A stretch of DNA of 64,000 nt. Origin: Nemertoderma westbladi (taxonomy: Eukaryota; Animalia; Xenacoelomorpha). A program made the translations under genes and the position numbers. The stretch spans positions 1-64,000 of the forward strand of contig JAUCBJ010008823.1 in NCBI GenBank assembly GCA_032718475.1, given 5' to 3'. Below the pieces are notes generated by a model. The model worked only from the letters and a program-made list of their open reading frames with translations. It did no database searches and was not told the origin of the DNA. This document shows, one piece after another, positions 61,701 to 64,000 of this stretch. Each line of letters begins with the position of its first letter. The stretch's first letter is position 1.

Positions 61701-63170
61701 AATAGCCCCTCCCTTACAGAGTTCCTCTATCACTGACCTGGCCATGCTGACTGTACCTCCGTAGATCGAAGTTAAACGATCGTACGCTAGTTCGAAGGCG
61801 TCCGGTACACCAATGAAGGTCTCCGCCAAACGTTTAGGTTCTCCCGACAACGTTTGAAGCAGGTAATTAAACTTCTCCCGTGATGTAAAGGCGCACACGG
61901 CGATCTGAGATTCGATATAGTCTACGAAAGTGTGCCAGTGTTTTGAGCTACCGGAAAACTTAGGTGGTTGTTGCACCGGTAGTCCTTGTCTAGCTGCGAA
62001 TTTCGCTATTTCCTCGGCAACGTTCAGAGTTTCACGTCCTTGGTTGGTAATCTGGTTGATGTCCCTTCTTGGCGCTTTTCCCTGATACGAAGTATTGGTC
62101 GATGGTATTTGTCTTTGCAGAACCTTTGGGTTTCTATTGTGTTCGAATTCGGAATTTCTCGAACTGTCGGTGTGAACTTCCTCCAAGCGTTCCTCGATCT
62201 GGGCCAACTTGTTGACAACTGGTCGCAGAATGTCGGCAAACTGTTGTGAACTGATTGCGTCCGTTGGTTGTAACGCCTTCTGTGTTGGTGTATTTTGTGG
62301 AGGATTGTCTACAAAGGAGTTATCTGAACGCTCGCGTTTATATTCATCGGCCGCCCCTGTTCTAAATACCTCGCGTTTCGGGTAATCCGATTCGCTCGAA
62401 GTACTACTATCATCTGGATATGGTGGTCGACGTGCTCGCGTCCATTGCGTCGTACGAATTCTAACGTTTCGTTTCGGAACATCGTCCACTGTTCTCCGTT
62501 GTTCGGTAGGCTCACAAGTCTTCCTCGAAGTCGTAGATTGCGATGTAAACTGGTTGAACGGTCGCTTATCCACTGGTCTCCGTTGTTCGGTAGGCTCACA
62601 AGTCTTCCTCGAAGTCGTAGATTGCGATGTAAACTGGTTGAACGGTCGCGTATCCACTAGTCTCCGTTGTTCGGTAGGCTCACAAGTCTTCCTCGAAGTC
62701 GTAGATTGCGATGTAAACTGGTTGAACGGTCGCGTATCCACTGGTCTCCGTTGTTCGGTAGGCTCACAAGTCTTCCTCGAAGTCGTAGATTGCGATGTAA
62801 ACTGGTTGAACGGTGGTCGGACAACAGCGTTTGAATCCAAAGGCCTTGTAGGCCTAAACGTCATTGGGTACGTGTAGTGCGTAACGAGTTTTGGTGTCGA
62901 AGGTGGACTCACCTGTTTTGTCGTCAGTAGTGCAGGTCCAGTCAACAAACTACTACGATCTGTAATCGGTGGGTTACTTACCTTGACTTTCAAAATAGGC
63001 GACGACGTTGCTCTTGAATTTGTCCGGAATAACCAACCTGTGTTCCATCGCACCATGGATAGGAGAAATATCACTACTACCCGCAATCGAAACAGGTTCC
63101 TTAGTTGTAACTGGTGCGAACATAGGGGTTCACTTGTGTCTTTCTGGGCTCCTCCCCGAGGCGCACCCAC
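55743..63170 (-). CDS. BEL/Pao gag-pol polyprotein (Gag, Zn knuckles, aspartic protease, RT, RNase H, integrase); true start uncertain
   Basis: PPKFSG..HW.TF Gag; CWRCTRHGHVRKDC and CPSCGRNHDGLLH; LDSAS; YLPHH.V, SLN..LMDGP, DVEAMFHQV, FYVDD; FDPLG, FSDAS, PRAELQAA, NPADIASRG; H..H..C..C, GIDCFGP, SDQGTNF, GGVWERLI. Confidence 0.97.
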   Translation of the reverse strand: MGAPRGGAQKDTSEPLCSHQLQLRNLFRLRVVVIFLLSMVRWNTGWLFRTNSRATSSPILKVKVSNPPITDRSSLLTGPALLTTKQVSPPSTPKLVTHYTYPMTFRPTRPLDSNAVVRPPFNQFTSQSTTSRKTCEPTEQRRPVDTRPFNQFTSQSTTSRKTCEPTEQRRLVDTRPFNQFTSQSTTSRKTCEPTEQRRPVDKRPFNQFTSQSTTSRKTCEPTEQRRTVDDVPKRNVRIRTTQWTRARRPPYPDDSSTSSESDYPKREVFRTGAADEYKRERSDNSFVDNPPQNTPTQKALQPTDAISSQQFADILRPVVNKLAQIEERLEEVHTDSSRNSEFEHNRNPKVLQRQIPSTNTSYQGKAPRRDINQITNQGRETLNVAEEIAKFAARQGLPVQQPPKFSGSSKHWHTFVDYIESQIAVCAFTSREKFNYLLQTLSGEPKRLAETFIGVPDAFELAYDRLTSIYGGTVSMARSVIEELCKGGAITKPVDLLKLADEIKNAITTLRSIGQLDYGNTPTVLLKIIGRLHHRLRREWRKIEYQREERGGFLKLEDVYLLISREAVVETRSNYTDQHIIAEGITLPSSNRQKPQTTSTKTATYATLTETRQFSDGSRVSAPIGIKQTRQQLSTDFSSCQYCEHLGKRYIGHKLRGCRQFRELNSEERRLQIRPLDSCWRCTRHGHVRKDCPNTDTCPSCGRNHDGLLHTDSHTPTKRFAREHPEAAAKCNTAYKNRESKMTPTFVTHIKDCFSEQSGSSDEESEDDDVYSDGDEQPSIALLTTDQLKGFSVIPIKITGTKGSKRIYAILDSASSHSYVDEQIADVVTDLRQGKRVSYTVSSMHGQRAIPVTRVKLNLDTLLPKSQHSEKERSLLPFKDLTFAATKDFSNLLGPVPEQSLEDRKYFRHLGVPECPVNYRSVAMLIGTDQFNLHQVWETRPSAVVAGNAYACRTPIGWYTRAPVRTLDISDEEDDVQSTCSLLTTNSIHSFSHDVDHTTLHLTKHDRCVTSMISHKEQLINQVSLELGEKTSQPEIPSTTDDNAGRLASLPTPITSTIPVDIDDDALRNHQVEQAALDKELTEKTIRWLEQDTAEPGSYEPCMSEQEKQSLKIMEDTIRQTKDGHYEVGMLWRSQSPKLINNYPLALRRLHSIRQRLLKDEKAHLQYNTQMETYLSKGYAIRMTNPEIVTDQTYYLPHHFVRHPDKPDKVRVVNDCAALFEGMSLNSELMDGPNMNNYLMGVIMRFRQRQVAFTCDVEAMFHQVRALERDRDSLRFLWYPEGDLSLPPATYQMQVRVFGARDSPNCTMYALKQAARDQKHMYDPEIIKIVERDFYVDDGLQSCDTVERAITVAHQLRDCLAGGGFNLTKFASNSAELVDSFGTTERGGGDIDLEFEPLPTTKVLGLFWDPNTDNFRVKVRLDSQENTLTKRSCLSKLSRLFDPLGFISPIILQARIYMRSIWKDGLTWDEPISSDQVDLWKTWEAELSSLEDYSIPRVYFPLQTTFPDNLELHCFSDASDNGFGVAAYLRRQVDSEEFDVSLITSKAKTMPTKYMTTPRAELQAATLSTTIVNLIQTELQSSLQIFYWTDATLVLFYINNDILEFKTFVANRRAEILDRSIKEDWRHCPGPQNPADIASRGMMPEEFCKPENKEFWQHGPRFLQGSIQHWPPLYDNKSNNIPKDAEIKKPKKGKAKKRTAAKLKKKPKAKWKAITSKVKNGRLTSLSTPDISPDGQTDTLPDVQPDILPDMSQNVLPDTSDILTNSKAAVSLLERPSIDKQPDTLLDGQPDVLPDTSLDISPDVPRNILPDMSQNVLPDTSNILTNSKAAVSLLERPCIDKLPILTHLSNHKHGETSCITDVGSTYAIVNTGVTLRSRDIPNLQPMVRPGINIGRKISLPKPTDPIEFKPPLTIDLQSTDNQGKKTKKDKLLVDPDGSTVNKGILTGGPVGPSSKSKPSKFSIDLPDDVTNTHVDRIVNLTDSWTNACRKLAWIVRFVQYVKGKRDFTRRLTLAEIDRCEIKLIRHYQLRYFAREFTSINQGQPIKSSPILSWSPIIYNGLICHKSRLQNIDFNTNFRYPIIIPQHHELQRAMILDAHLHLKHAGRHHCLSYLRTRFVLIRPSKALSSVTRTCIICKKVHSRIGTQEMSELPQARLQAFRPPFTETGIDCFGPIHTKRGRILVKRWGLIFTCMSSRAVHIERVMDLSTNAFILALRRFIARRGLVKCLYSDQGTNFVGARNEIARAFKKLDHDQISNELHPYKIVWKFNPPDSPWRGGVWERLIRSIKTAMAKVIPVNHILTDDQLTTLFVEIEAILNTRPIVLVPDDKQSQFALTPAHLLMQAPTTLTPISIPMEGDSYGRKAWKITQLLANKFWEIWQNHYLPSISARTNWYNNTRALKPGDHVLLAEVNLKRRFWITGVILDTHPSMDGVTRNVTVRTIDGRTVDRPTQRLVLLEETRNESGDYKSPTNISK
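62488..62815 (-). repeat. 84-bp in-frame tandem repeat (about 4 copies) in the gag N-terminal region
   Basis: PFNQFTSQSTTSRKTCEPTEQRRPVDTR x4. Confidence 0.95.
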
Positions 63171-64000
63171 GAGGCAGACACCTTTCCACCACCCCTGGGG
63201 CCAGTCCGACAGATGTTATTATCAGACCGGGCCAGAGGGTGGCCTGATGCTTCCCGGGTTCTGTTTTCGGTCCCCCGATCACACCAGCACAGCTCGTCGA
63301 ACGTGTAGCCAGATGGGCGGCTACTGTCAACTTACTGTGGCCTGACTGTACATTGAGCCAACTCAAAGTATAACAAAGAGTCAACCGGCAGGTGAACCAG
63401 TCGATAGCGATCGAGCACCAAGGTCGCCCTTGGGCCTAACCGACGGTCTTGTCCCAAGCGGGCTTGCGCTACCCAACATGGAATATTGACACGTTTTCAC
63501 CTGCCTCGCCGGCAATATTGAGGGGAAGTAAGTTCCACAAACAATATTGACTAGCTCGAAAGCTAGGAACAAGTAACCACTTACCCGTCCTGTACACGTG
63601 TACTCAACAGATGTTCACGAAATCAAGTACACTATGGTAAACACAAAATCTGACACATACCATGCACACACAAATGACATAATCGGGTAAGACAAAATCG
63701 GGGTCAAAATCGGGAAAGACAAAATCGGAAGGGACAAAATTGTATCGACCGGAGGCAAATCGAGAGTACTTTATTTTACCGACAGGGTAAAATAACTTTG
63801 TGTGCACAAAGTATGCTGGGGCGCAGTAAAGTATGGTCCTACTAATACCAGCGGCGTCTGGTCCAACTGACAAGGGTTCCCATACCCACTCGCAGTGGCC
63901 ACACATACAATCACGTGTACTCACGTACCCACAGCAACAGAAAACTCAAGACCCGACGGTTTATTCCAATGCCACCAAAGACCAAGTCAGCTGAACATGG

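Larger units (their letters stand above)
47027..64000 (-). mobile_element. BEL/Pao LTR retrotransposon with an accessory gene; 5' LTR beyond the window, left boundary tentative
   Basis: Intact gag-pol; PPT-like AGGAGCGGGA then TGTAGGT at 55617; matching inverted TGTAGGT at 47027; LTR-type promoter and poly(A) signals at 47.9-48.2 kb; shared 17-nt motif from 48.9 to 62.8 kb. Confidence 0.8.

Noticed and set aside
56185-63924. Many short ORFs antisense to or overlapping gag-pol and in the leader
   Set aside because: Shadow ORFs of a long coding sequence; no independent motifs.

Overview
Animal (metazoan) genomic DNA. The backbone is a + strand TBC1D30-like Rab-GAP gene. Its exon-end fragment lies at about 1.5-1.8 kb and its coding exons at 26010-26368, 40880-41236 and 42679-43769. 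Two of its exon/5'-splice-site junctions are tandemly amplified: 7 copies, and about 244 copies of a 57-bp unit over about 14 kb. A 2-kb 20-bp satellite follows the stop codon. The first large intron holds three nested layers: two Helentron/DINE-like non-autonomous elements enclosing a 15.8-kb Polinton/Maverick-like element (7010-22770, AGTAGT termini, TIRs, 6-bp TSD TACAGT). That element has a damaged pPolB, a TBP-like gene, a tRNA B-box array and a possibly PC4-like protein, but no recognisable integrase or capsid genes. The last 17 kb is a - strand BEL/Pao LTR retrotransposon with intact gag-pol. It carries an accessory DEDDy 3'-5' exonuclease + zinc-knuckle gene, split by an IS3EU-like insertion and possibly located inside a very long LTR. 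It also has a conserved stem-loop motif repeated 10 times along its length. All family assignments come from motif recognition by eye; no searches were run.
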